Counted from the whole stretch's first letter, positions 10,193 through 20,257 are shown. The stretch: DNA of 63,247 nucleotides, filler included, from a bacterium (GCA_026985515.1; 11 parts of 11 records of this genome joined end to end with filler, not necessarily neighbours in it); one strand, 5' to 3'. Notes: generated by a model from the sequence alone, not told the origin. Made by a program: numbers and translations.

Positions 10193-10363
10193 GTGAAAAT
10201 GATAAGAATTGATGGTTCAAAACTCATATTTGAGGATGGCAGCTGGGTGCTTTTCAGACCATCTGGAACGGAGCCTGTTGTCAGGTTCTACGTTGAGGCA
10301 CATTCAGAAGAGGATCTCAGGGAACTCATTGATGCAGGTGAAAGATTGATAAAATATGGTTAG
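10193..10363 (+). CDS. Phosphoglucomutase/phosphomannomutase, C-terminal fragment
   Basis: Manual translation IDGSKLIFEDGSWVLFRPSGTEPVVRFYVEA matches the alpha-D-phosphohexomutase domain IV motif. Confidence 0.92.
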   Translation: MKMIRIDGSKLIFEDGSWVLFRPSGTEPVVRFYVEAHSEEDLRELIDAGERLIKYG

Positions 10364-11499
10364 AGTTTCATCAACCTCTGATAAAACTTAACCGTTTTTT
10401 CAGCTGCTCTGTGGTAGCTGAACATTTCTCTTTTCTTCTCAACATCCCTCTGAAGTTGTCGCCTGTAAGACTCATCATCGTAAAATCTTTGAAGTAACCC
10501 GGCAAGTTCCTCCTCATCTCCTGTTTCAAAAACTGCCTCAGGGTGGGCAAAATCAACCAGTCCACCGGCATTACTGACTATGAGAGGAATTCCATATCCC
10601 ACAGCAAGAGAGGCAACCCCACTCTGGGACGAAAACCAGAGATATGGAAGAACCACAAGATCAGCGGCAGAAAAATAGTAAACAACTTCCTTCTCAGGTA
10701 TGAGGCGAAAATCAAATCTAACCCTCTCCGTAACTCCCACCTTTTCAGCCAACTGTCTGAACTCCTCCACTTCAATCCATGGCTTTCCTGCCACCAGGAG
10801 AAAAAGGTCACCTCTGACCTTTGAGAAAGCCCTGATCAGCAGATCAAGCCCCTTATACTTTCTCACCGTACCGAAGAAAAGCACAATCATACTGCTTTCT
10901 GGTAATCTGAGAGTTTTTCTTGCCTCTTTTCTGTCAATTCTTCTTCTTACTTCTATCCCATGATGTATTATCTCCACAGGCTTCTCTATGATCTCGGGGA
11001 AAAGATTTAACAACTCTTCCCTGTTTTTCTCAGAGTGCACAATATAGGCATCTCCTTTTCCAGTTATCATTTTCCATATTACTTTATAAAGGGGATTCCC
11101 TTCATGGGGCATAACATTGTGAACTGTTATAACTATTCTTTTTTTCCTAACTCTTGCCGCAGCAATAAGGGGGAGGTACACCTGGCCTGTGGCGGGACTC
11201 CACCACTGGAGGTGAAGAATCCCGCTCTCCATTTTTAATGCAGGGAGAATCCATGTCACTGGATTACACCAGTCAATTATCCTGTAAACATCTATATTTC
11301 TGAACTCCGGGATTTGCGAAGAATAATCATACTGTTCCCCCGGGAAGAGAAAGGAGGGATACAACTTCCTGAAGGAAAACACCTCACCACTCTCCATCTT
11401 ATCAAGTTCCTTCAAAAGTCCCACAGTGTATGAAGAAATTCCAACCAGAGGAGGGAGTGTGGAGATAAGGGTAAATAATTTCTCCTTTGACTTTCGCAT
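10360..11499 (-). CDS. Glycosyltransferase family 4 (GT-B)
   Basis: HNVMPHE, FFGTVRKYKGLDLLI, AADLVVLPY...SQSGV and PLIVSNAGG motifs. Confidence 0.92.
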   Translation of the reverse strand: MRKSKEKLFTLISTLPPLVGISSYTVGLLKELDKMESGEVFSFRKLYPSFLFPGEQYDYSSQIPEFRNIDVYRIIDWCNPVTWILPALKMESGILHLQWWSPATGQVYLPLIAAARVRKKRIVITVHNVMPHEGNPLYKVIWKMITGKGDAYIVHSEKNREELLNLFPEIIEKPVEIIHHGIEVRRRIDRKEARKTLRLPESSMIVLFFGTVRKYKGLDLLIRAFSKVRGDLFLLVAGKPWIEVEEFRQLAEKVGVTERVRFDFRLIPEKEVVYYFSAADLVVLPYLWFSSQSGVASLAVGYGIPLIVSNAGGLVDFAHPEAVFETGDEEELAGLLQRFYDDESYRRQLQRDVEKKREMFSYHRAAEKTVKFYQRLMKL

Positions 11500-11507
11500 G
11501 CTTTTCT

Positions 11508-11536
11508 ATTATATTTACCCATAGAAAGAAGTGCAA
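11508..11536 (-). promoter_or_regulatory. sigma70-type promoter for the GT4 gene (leaderless or very short leader)
   Basis: Minus strand TTGCAC-17 nt-TATAAT, then 8 nt to the ATG at 11499. Confidence 0.55.
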
Positions 11537-11538
11537 GA

Positions 11539-13656
11539 ATGAGAAAAATTATTCCGCTCCTTTTTCTCCTGTTTCAACCTCTTTGCTTATTCTCATACAG
11601 CGACCTGGAAAAGGTTCCTCTGTCAATCGACATCCCTTACTCCTTTCAGTTTGTCATTAACAGAGATGGCATTTCCTTTCTCTCTTACCAAGTCAAACAT
11701 GGTCTTGAAAGCAAGGGACTTAAAAAAAAGATTGTTGATGCTCTTGAGGGACTCACTTTTCAGAGCTACATGCCGGTAATTGGTGGGAAACTCACCTTTA
11801 CCATCCTGGGAAAGGGTGACGATTCATATGATGGAGTGAGATACAACAGGACTCTCTTTACTATCACAACAGAACCACCTGAAATTTTAAGAAAAAGTGT
11901 ATCAATGGATGAACTTTACCCCATTCTGACCGTTACTGCCGATGCAGAGGGAAATCATCCCGAGATTGACCTTAAAATTGAACACAAGCTTTTCACCATC
12001 AATAAAGTAACCATTCAGGCAGATATGGAAGTTGCAGGTATTCTTCATGTCATGACCACAAACAATCAGTTGAGAATTGCAACTTCAAAATTTAAATCAA
12101 GACTTCTGTATCTCTATGTTCCATATGTACAGCTACCCCAGATTCCGGGCCTTCCCGGTAATCTGATGCACAGGGTGGAAAAGGCTTTCAACGATTACCT
12201 CTCGGAAGCTATTCTCCAGTTCTTTGAAAAAGACATAAACAGAGCACTTGCACAGGCAATAAAATCAGCACTGGATAAACTTATTTTTGACAGAGATGAA
12301 GATGGTATACCTGATCCCCTGCTTGACCTCAATAAATTTTTCTCTGAAGGCAACTCCTTTCTTGGGACCCATTTACTGAACAATTTGAACTTTAATGTTG
12401 AAATCTTCAGAGAACCACCCCAGATCCTCATCAAATCAAGTGGAAGCATTTTCAGTAACTATATCTCCTCTTCAACTCTCTTTCCCCAGGAGTGGTTTTA
12501 TTACACCCACATTGAAGAAGATGGTTGCTATGGAGAGGATCCCCCAGTTTTCCCCGATAAAATACCGGGAAGCCAACAGGATTACATGGCAGGAATTGCC
12601 CTAAGCGATGACACCCTCAATCAAATACTCACATCCATCTACAACGAGGGACTTATCAACAATTTTCACATAGATACCTCAACTCTCACAAATATTGATC
12701 CCCAGTACAGAGAGTACCTGACAACAAAGGTTTTCAAGTTGCTCAACATGGAAGCATTCTACAGAGCCTTTCCCGATAAATTTCTGGCAGTTGATCTGCA
12801 GTTACGAAAATCACCTTACATCTTTTTTTCAGACAAAAAGTCAATTAAGATAGTTATGCCATCAGTAAAGATAGATATTTACGCATCTGACAGGGGCAGC
12901 TACTTCAGACTCTTTTCAGTAATGGGTGATATTGATTCAACAATCAACATAAAACAGATTTCACTGGAAGAAAAACCCTTCCTGATTTTCACAATTTCAC
13001 CTCAAATCAACCTGAAAGTTACTTACAATGAAATCGCACCAGAACTTAACAGAGACATCGAAAACACTTTTCTTCCACTTGTCTCAGGTGCAATTTCGCA
13101 GGCACTGCCCGGCCTGGTGGATGGATTTTCACTTCCCCTTACAACCTGCATAGAGGGGCTGGAGGTAAAGGATCTTACCATGGAGAACACGGGGAAAAAC
13201 GAGGATAACCTGTACAACTACATGATGCTCTTTTTCAATCTTGAAGGCACCATGGACCTTGATAAATTTTTAACAGAATGTCTGAACATTTCTCTCTTTG
13301 CTCCACCTGTCACATCCTTTACCCCCGCTGTCCTGCCGGAATCAAAAATTTTCAGAATAAATGGGGGATTCTGGTTGGAAAGCAGAGACGGGAAGTGGTG
13401 GAAAGAACTCCCACCAGGCACATATATTGTAACAATTCCCCTTCATGGGAAACTTGTGAGTTTCAAATACACAAAATCGGGTACTTCCACCAATAAAGAA
13501 AAAGCAATGGGGCAGAAATATTCAGATGACTCTGAGGGATGCAGTGAAGGTGGTGACACACCATTTATCCTTCTTCTTGCAGTTTTTATTATCTGGAGAT
13601 TAGCCACAAAATATTTAAGGTTGACAAAAAAGAGTGTTACCAATAACATTTTATAA
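11539..13656 (+). CDS. Secreted BPI/LBP/CETP-like (TULIP) protein with C-terminal Cys+TM (MYXO-CTERM-like) anchor
   Basis: Signal peptide; FVINRDGISFL and MAGIALSDDTLNQILTSIY resemble the openings of the BPI N and C barrels; tail EGCSEGG-FILLLAVFIIW-RL. Confidence 0.6.
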   Translation: MRKIIPLLFLLFQPLCLFSYSDLEKVPLSIDIPYSFQFVINRDGISFLSYQVKHGLESKGLKKKIVDALEGLTFQSYMPVIGGKLTFTILGKGDDSYDGVRYNRTLFTITTEPPEILRKSVSMDELYPILTVTADAEGNHPEIDLKIEHKLFTINKVTIQADMEVAGILHVMTTNNQLRIATSKFKSRLLYLYVPYVQLPQIPGLPGNLMHRVEKAFNDYLSEAILQFFEKDINRALAQAIKSALDKLIFDRDEDGIPDPLLDLNKFFSEGNSFLGTHLLNNLNFNVEIFREPPQILIKSSGSIFSNYISSSTLFPQEWFYYTHIEEDGCYGEDPPVFPDKIPGSQQDYMAGIALSDDTLNQILTSIYNEGLINNFHIDTSTLTNIDPQYREYLTTKVFKLLNMEAFYRAFPDKFLAVDLQLRKSPYIFFSDKKSIKIVMPSVKIDIYASDRGSYFRLFSVMGDIDSTINIKQISLEEKPFLIFTISPQINLKVTYNEIAPELNRDIENTFLPLVSGAISQALPGLVDGFSLPLTTCIEGLEVKDLTMENTGKNEDNLYNYMMLFFNLEGTMDLDKFLTECLNISLFAPPVTSFTPAVLPESKIFRINGGFWLESRDGKWWKELPPGTYIVTIPLHGKLVSFKYTKSGTSTNKEKAMGQKYSDDSEGCSEGGDTPFILLLAVFIIWRLATKYLRLTKKSVTNNIL
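13621..13649 (+). promoter_or_regulatory. sigma70-type promoter with an overlapping inverted repeat, upstream of the acyltransferase-SDR pair
   Basis: TTGACA-17 nt-TAACAT; TGTTA-ccaa-TAACA at 13635-13648. Confidence 0.5.
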
Positions 13657-13679
13657 GAAAAAAATAAACGGGAGTTTAC

Positions 13680-14549
13680 ATGGCAAGCAAGAGACTTGAG
13701 GAATTCTGGGAAGCAACGCTGACCCCGGAGGAGAGGGAAAGACTTGATCAAATCAAAATAAATGACCTGGGATTTGGATACGACATATTTGGACTTAATA
13801 AAGACTGGATGAAAACTGCCTATGCCATAGTGAAACTTTTTTACGAAAAATATTTCAGAGTGGAAAGTAAGGGAATTGAAAATATACCTACCGAGGGAAG
13901 AGTTATCCTTGCTGCCAATCACAGCGGTGGAATCCCCATTGATGGTGCCATGATCATAATGGATGTTGCCACGAAATTGAATCCACCAAGGCTTGTAAGG
14001 GCTATTGTTGACAACTTTGCAGCAGCCATGCCTTTTGTAGGGCTTTTCTTTTACAGAGTTGGACAGGTAATAGGACACAGGAAAAATTTTGAAGTTCTTC
14101 TGCAGAATGATGAAGCGATCCTGGTTTTCCCCGGAGGTACGAAGGATATTGGCCGATTATTCAAGGACAGATACAAACCTGCAAAGTTCAATGTGGGTTT
14201 CATAGAACTTTCTCTTCTATACAAGGCACCTATAATTCCCGTGGCAGTTGTTGGGGCAGAGGAACAGCTTCCAGTTATCTACAAATGGGTAAAACTGGGG
14301 CAGATATTTGGTTCACCCTACTTTCCCGTAACTCCTCAATTTTTCCTTGGTGGACCACTCACAAACTTTCTGCCCTTCCCGAGCAAATACCACATATACT
14401 ACGGTGAACCACTTGAATATTACAAATATTTTTCTGAAGATACGGTGGAAAATCCGGAAATGGTTCAAACCCTCGCAGATGATGTAAGGAGTAAAGTTGT
14501 GGAACTGATCCAGAGGGGTCTTAAGGAAAGAAAGGGGGTTTTTTACTGA
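13680..14549 (+). CDS. Lysophospholipid (PlsC-like) acyltransferase
   Basis: ANHSGGIPIDG, VFPGG, PIIPVAVVGAEE and YGEP motifs. Confidence 0.9.
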   Translation: MASKRLEEFWEATLTPEERERLDQIKINDLGFGYDIFGLNKDWMKTAYAIVKLFYEKYFRVESKGIENIPTEGRVILAANHSGGIPIDGAMIIMDVATKLNPPRLVRAIVDNFAAAMPFVGLFFYRVGQVIGHRKNFEVLLQNDEAILVFPGGTKDIGRLFKDRYKPAKFNVGFIELSLLYKAPIIPVAVVGAEEQLPVIYKWVKLGQIFGSPYFPVTPQFFLGGPLTNFLPFPSKYHIYYGEPLEYYKYFSEDTVENPEMVQTLADDVRSKVVELIQRGLKERKGVFY

Positions 14550-15511
14550 TGTCCTCCACAAAGACTCACAATGTTCTCATAACAGGTGTTACAAGTACCC
14601 TTGGCAGACAGCTGGCAAGATTGCTTTACTATGACAAAAGAATTGGCTTCATACTCGGAGTTGCCATAGATGACAGGCCCTTCTACTTCGACGATTTTTC
14701 ATCCAGCAGATTTCATTACATGAGGGTGGACCTCACCAAGCCAAGGCAGGTAAATAACTTATTTTACAGTGACATTTTCAAGGATATGAATATTGACACC
14801 GTGATTCACATGGCATTTCTGAATAAACCCTCCGATGTGGGACCGAAGAGCCACGAGCTCAATGTTGTTGGAACCAAAATGCTCATTGATAAGTGTTTAG
14901 AAACAGGTCAGGTTACCAAATTTATATTCAAAAGCAGTCACTTAGTTTATAAAATCAGGCCCCACAATCCGGTGATGCAGGATGAAGAAGCGGATCTGAA
15001 TTTTGATAAAGATGCACCCCAGTGGATAAGGGACAGGGTGGACGCCGACATGATATGCAGGGCAAAAATGGACAATCCCCATATGAATGTGGTGGTCCTG
15101 AGATTCTCAAATATCGTGGGAAGAAACATCCATTCCCTCATGAATGCTTATTTATCCTCCAAGGTGGCTTTCACAGTGATGGGTTTTGATCCAATGGTGA
15201 ATCTCATCCATCCAAGGGACGCGATTTATGCCATCCAGCTCGCTATTCATAAAAATGTAAAGGGTGTTTTCAACATCGTGGGAAGGGACACCGCTCCTCT
15301 CCACGTTTTCCTTGATCTGAATAAGACGAAAAGAAGGGCTCTTCCTGAACCCCTCCACAAAGTAGTAAATTCATGGCAGAAGAAAATTGGCGCAACAGAT
15401 TTTGACTTTGAATCGGGAAGAGACCTGCTAAAATATGCTGTTTTACTTGATCCAACAAAGGCGGAAAAAGTTCTGGGATACAGACCCAGACATCACGTTG
15501 AGTTTGGCTGA
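14549..15511 (+). CDS. NAD-dependent epimerase/dehydratase (extended SDR) family protein, atypical
   Basis: VLITGVTSTLG Rossmann start, DTVIHMAF, NVVGT, LRFSNIVG and GVFNI motifs; coupled to the acyltransferase. Confidence 0.85.
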   Translation: MSSTKTHNVLITGVTSTLGRQLARLLYYDKRIGFILGVAIDDRPFYFDDFSSSRFHYMRVDLTKPRQVNNLFYSDIFKDMNIDTVIHMAFLNKPSDVGPKSHELNVVGTKMLIDKCLETGQVTKFIFKSSHLVYKIRPHNPVMQDEEADLNFDKDAPQWIRDRVDADMICRAKMDNPHMNVVVLRFSNIVGRNIHSLMNAYLSSKVAFTVMGFDPMVNLIHPRDAIYAIQLAIHKNVKGVFNIVGRDTAPLHVFLDLNKTKRRALPEPLHKVVNSWQKKIGATDFDFESGRDLLKYAVLLDPTKAEKVLGYRPRHHVEFG

Positions 15512-15512
15512 G

Positions 15513-15761
15513 CTACTTTTTATCAGATTTATCCGAATCAGATTTCTTTTCACTTCCTGACTCTTTATTTCTCTCTTTCCCGTAGGAGGTGTAATCTGTT
15601 TTATACCATCCAGATCCTTTCAAAATAAACGATGTATTTGAAATCAATCTCTGCACCGGTCCGCCACACTTTGGACACACTTTCACTGGTTCCTCTGAAA
15701 CCTTCTGCATCACTTCAAACTCATACCCACAGTTGAGACAGCGATATTCATATATTGGCAT
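15513..15761 (-). CDS. FmdB-family zinc-ribbon protein
   Basis: [11 protein letters not shown]...CPxCG...[21 protein letters not shown] before the ATG at 15761. Confidence 0.93.
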   Translation of the reverse strand: MPIYEYRCLNCGYEFEVMQKVSEEPVKVCPKCGGPVQRLISNTSFILKGSGWYKTDYTSYGKERNKESGSEKKSDSDKSDKK

Positions 15762-15860
15762 TTCACTCCTCCTGTTGATAATTAATTTAATCATACAATC
15801 ATTTCTTGCAACACTGAGGGAGTTGAATATCATTAACACAAAGGAAACGGAGGACCTGAA

Positions 15861-16655
15861 ATGAAAACTCTTGGTGAAAGCTGTGAAAGACTGGCAGAAA
15901 TAATGAAAAGACTGAGAGAACCAGGGGGATGTCCCTGGGACAGGAAACAGACCCTTGATACTCTCAAAAAATATCTTATAGAGGAGTGCTACGAAGTCCT
16001 GGAAAAAATAAATGAAAAAGATTATGAGGGATTGAAGGAAGAACTGGGAGACCTTTTACTCCAGATAGTATTTCAGTCAAGAATAGCTGAAGAAGAGGGT
16101 TACTTCACCCTCAAGGATGTAATAGATGGTATAAGCGATAAACTCATCTTCAGACATCCACATGTATTTGGGGATGTAAAGGTCAGAGATGCTGAGGAGG
16201 TCGTTGAAAACTGGGAAAAATTGAAGAAGATAGAAAAGGAGAAAAAGGGTGGCGAGGTGGAGGAACACCCCCTCGGGAAATTCCCATACCACATTCCTTC
16301 ACTTCTTGCAGCCTACGAAATAGGAAAAAGAGCCTCAAAATTGGGTTTTGACTGGGAAAAAGCAGAAGATGTGATTGAAAAAATTGAAGAAGAACTTGAA
16401 GAACTAAAAAAGGCCATGAAAGAAGGCGAAGGAAATATAAAAGAAGAAATTGGCGACCTACTGTTCAGTATTGTCAATCTTTCACGGAAACTGAAAATAT
16501 CCCCTGAAGAAGCTTTAAACGATACCAACCTCAAGTTCTGGAAAAGATTTGAATACCTTTCCAGAAGACTTGCAGAGGAGGGAAAATCTTTTAAAGACAC
16601 AACCCTTGAAGAAATGGATAAACTGTGGGAGGAGGGGAAGAAAAGGAAAGGTTAA
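15861..16655 (+). CDS. mazG: Nucleoside triphosphate pyrophosphohydrolase MazG
   Basis: [14 protein letters not shown], [25 protein letters not shown] and EEIGDLLFS in tandem MazG domains. Confidence 0.96.
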   Translation: MKTLGESCERLAEIMKRLREPGGCPWDRKQTLDTLKKYLIEECYEVLEKINEKDYEGLKEELGDLLLQIVFQSRIAEEEGYFTLKDVIDGISDKLIFRHPHVFGDVKVRDAEEVVENWEKLKKIEKEKKGGEVEEHPLGKFPYHIPSLLAAYEIGKRASKLGFDWEKAEDVIEKIEEELEELKKAMKEGEGNIKEEIGDLLFSIVNLSRKLKISPEEALNDTNLKFWKRFEYLSRRLAEEGKSFKDTTLEEMDKLWEEGKKRKG

Positions 16656-16764
16656 ATCCCTTTTACTCAAAATTAAATCTTACTTTACTTCCTTTTTTAT
16701 CCATATGTTCCTCCATTTTATAGTTTACCCCATTTGATGTACTTATGTTGATTTTTTTTATCTC

Positions 16765-17121
16765 CTATATTCTTTCCTCTATTTCCCTGAAACTCAATCC
16801 TTCTTTCATCTTCTTCAATCTTTCTTTTACTTCTTCTGGTATACTCTCATCTTCCATTAGCCTCATATATGGTGTTTTGGCTTCATGTTTTCTTATGTAC
16901 CTCTTTCCCAGTCTTAATTTTTCCACAACTTTCATCGCCGGAATAAAAAAATTATATTTCAAATCCAGCCAGTAGTACAGTTCACCCATTAAATTTCTTG
17001 TCTTTTTACCAGTATATCTGCCATAGCCTACATTCTTCCTGACTACATATAAATTCCTGTTCTCCACATGGGGATTATCGTTGCTCCTGTGGGTCCTGCT
17101 ACGAGTAAATTGTTTCTCCAA
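16765..17121 (-). pseudogene. Transposase C-terminal fragment
   Basis: FTRSRxHRSNDNPHVENRN (DDE Glu region), VRKNVGYGRY, NFFIPxMK and AKTPYxRL motifs. Confidence 0.8.
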
Positions 17122-17195
17122 CTCCCTGCAACAATTGTAAAAATGATCATTTATTAATACCTTAATATGACCGAACTGCCAAAATAAAGCTTCTG

Positions 17196-17585
17196 CTACA
17201 GGAAATAGAGTATTTCACCCAGATGCCTCGGATAAACAGGCTTCCTCCCTCTTTGATTAACTGCTTGTTTTGTGATATCAACTTTTATCTTTGTATTACC
17301 CTTCTTCGCAACAATCTTGTTATGAATGGATAAAAGATAGATCAAATACTTCCTGTGATAATCTGTACGGTCCTCCAGTACATCTAGAATCTCTTTTTGG
17401 GTCTTTTTCGGTGCATGTTTGTAGAACTTTTGCACCTTTGCAATCAGGTCCCCTTTGTCCTTGCTTGTTTCAACATCATAAAGTAAGATAAAAGTCATGT
17501 AATTATCCTTGTTGAGTTTTGATGTGGTCGCACTCTTGTGGGTGCGGCCACGAATTTTATTATCCAATTTTTTCTGAGTAAACAC
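17196..17585 (-). pseudogene. Transposase N-terminal fragment
   Basis: YKHAPKKTQKEILD...TDYHRKYLIYLL...RGRKPVY; stops early and the central catalytic region is missing. Confidence 0.75.
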
Positions 17586-17689
17586 CACCTCTTTCGGTAA
17601 GATTATGTTTGAGTCAAAGAGCATCCTTGACAAAGTGAAATTTTGGGACAATAATTAGAATGAAAAAAATAAGTAAAAGGAGGGGTGAA

Positions 17690-20052
17690 ATGAAAAGCAA
17701 GAGATTTCAAAGACTTGTCTCCTCACTCACTCACTCACTCACTCACTAATAATTTTTCAATTGTTTCTTGTGGGACCGGCTTTATTATTCCTCACGACAA
17801 ATTCTTATGCCAGAAGGAGCAATAGATATTACGATCCTGGGATTTATTCAACATTTCATTATTGGTGGTAATTTTAATAACATGGGTAACATAGAATTAA
17901 AGGGTATTTCCGGAAATATTCTTGTTTCTAATGTTCTTCATAATAAAGGAAATTTAAGAAGTAAAAATGGGGTTGTATATGCTCGAAAGATAATAAATCA
18001 GGGTAACATAGAGGTTGAGGATGCAGTAGAAACGAAAGAATTTGTGGTGCCTCCAGAAATAGATTTTTCTACACTCTTTTCACGGGCAATAAGTACTGCA
18101 ACATGGGTTTTTTATAGTGATGGTACTATCTCAAGTCCTGATGGAGAAGTAGAGGATACAATTAATATAGATGGATTAACATTTTCTTATGTAGCAAAAC
18201 ATCACAAAGGATATTGGAAAGTTACAGGTAGGGGAAGTGTAATTGGTAATCTTTACATTGAGGGCACTCTAAAAGTTGAAAGTGATGACATTGCAATAAC
18301 AGGTACTCTTGTTGTGACCGAAGATTTATTAATTGAGAAAGGTAACATAGTGAGGATTGACGGAATTGTTTTCCCTTCAGTTGTAGTAGGAGGTAAGCTT
18401 TCGTTAAAGAAGAAGTCTTATTTTTCTGGATCTATAAGAGCCGGGAGCTTGCTTATCTGTAAGGGTGCAAATGCGGATTTACTTGGAAGTGTAGAAGTTG
18501 CTGGTAATGTTAATAACCATGGTAAAATAACTATTACAGGTGGATCCCAGGAAGCAGAATTCATTGTTGCTCAATTATCTGAAAGGGGAACACTACCTCC
18601 CAATTCAAAACTGATTGGCTTGACGTACAGTGAAGGTGTTTCTGGTACACCATCTCTTATGTACGCTATTACAACTACTGGAAACATAAATATTACCAGA
18701 ATTCTTAGTAATCCTTCAAGCATAACCACTGTTTCTCGTGCAAGTATTTCAATGACAGTTATTGGGCTCGATCCCATGTTAAGCGGGGTGCTTGAGATTC
18801 GAGATCACACTTTGCCACCTGAAGTTAAAGCATATTTTATTTCTCAGATGTTAAAAAGGGATGGATGGCTTAAACCTGTTTTAAAACGAATGGTGAGAAT
18901 ACCCGGCTTATTGTCGCCTGTGGGAGAGTTTTATGACATTGGAGTAACACCTGAAGTTAAAATCGGATATTATGGACTGGATACGATTATACCACGAAAG
19001 ATAAAAGAATCCAGAATTTATGAAATGGTTCAGAAATACAAAGAAAAGCTGTATTCCCTACCGGATTCATATGTGGTGAAGAGGGAATTGATAATGGCTT
19101 TTGAATGGAAGGAATTGACAGGCGAATTACCTGCATATGCATATGATTTATTAAATGAAGTCTCATTTTCACCTTCTTTCAGAAGTAAGAGCAGCTTTGG
19201 ACCAATGGGGATTAAAATTCCTTCCTGCAGGACATATAAAATAACCAGAAAAATAATTCCTAAGACAAATTGGGATTTAACAAAGAGTGAGTATTACAAG
19301 TCAGCAGCTGATGTGGTTTATAGTGCATATGATCAATATTGGAACGATCATTATGGAGATAATTATTGGGTAGGTTGTGGACCCGTTGCAGCAGCTCTGG
19401 TTTTTCGTTACTGGGGTTTTGTTAACAGCAATTATGGTAGATGCTTACATGGTGATGACTATGAGTTGTTGGAGAAAATTCATGAAAAAGCGAATACAAG
19501 TGCTGATGGAGAAACTACCGTTTTTGATTTGGCTGAAGGAATCGAAAAGACTGCAAAGTATTATGGGATGAAATTTATTGCTGAAGTTGCTGTGGGAAGT
19601 GCTTCTTTTTTTGAGGATGAGGTTGATAGACATAGAATGGCTATTATGTTGGTACAGGATGATCCAGAATGGGGAAATCATTTTGTGGCTGTTTATGGTT
19701 ATGAGGTGGAGCACCGGTGGGAAACGTGCTGCCACACGGATTCAATTTGTCCAGATCATCATTATGTAAGAGTAATTTAATTTTAGGATGGCCAACAGGT
19801 AATAACAATGACATAGAAATAGCTATGCGTTCGGTGGGATCTTGGTTTAGTAGTATTATAAATGAAACAAGCGGAATACAGGTTATTCCCTGGAAACCCT
19901 GTTCCTCAGGTGGGGGTGGAGGAGGTGGAGGTGGGGGAGGGTGTAGCATGGGAAATTTGAATCTGATGAGTGGAATATTCATTATTGTAGTGTTTGCCTT
20001 TATTATATTTAAACAGAGGTATAAAAAATGTTCGACAGGAAAAGATTGTTGA
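17690..20052 (+). pseudogene. Frameshifted secreted papain-like cysteine peptidase (C10/C39-like) with N-terminal beta-helix-like region and Gly-rich/Cys/TM C-terminal anchor
   Basis: Promoter TTGACA-17-AATAAT (17627-17655), RBS AGGAGG and ATG 17690; signal peptide lies in another frame; main ORF 17768-19780 has VGCGPVAAALVFRYW and HFVAVYGY; tail frame to 20052 has G11-CS, TM and basic end. Confidence 0.7.
17722..17747 (+). repeat. (CTCA)6 tetranucleotide simple sequence repeat
   Basis: CTCACTCACTCACTCACTCACTCACT read directly, 32 nt after the ATG at 17690. Confidence 0.95.
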
Positions 20053-20257
20053 AAAAAAAGATTTTTTCTGTGCCAGTGTTAATTTTTGTTATAAATTTGC
20101 TTTCATGCCATCCTGATTTTTGTGGCGGGCCATGCCATCCAGAATGGGTGGTTGATGGTGTAAAGGATATAGTTGTTTCTCCTCTTGAGAATGGATTATC
20201 ACTTATAACGCTTTATGTTGAAAATGAGGGAATGGAAACTTATTATTCAACGGGGAA
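20028..20257 (+). CDS. Putative lipoprotein (3' truncated)
   Basis: Basic N-terminus, hydrophobic stretch and LLSC lipobox; overlaps the peptidase 3' end. Confidence 0.55.

Larger units (their letters stand above)
16660..17619 (-). mobile_element. Internally deleted IS (ISNCY-like DDE/integrase-core transposase remnant) with imperfect terminal inverted repeats
   Basis: CTTTTACTCAAAATTAAATCTTAC (16660-16683) vs the reverse complement of 17597-17619, CTTTGACTCAAACATAATCTTAC; two transposase fragments lie between them. Confidence 0.75.

Noticed and set aside
19644-19982. Poly-proline ORF on the minus strand
   Set aside because: It is the reverse complement of the Gly11 linker codons
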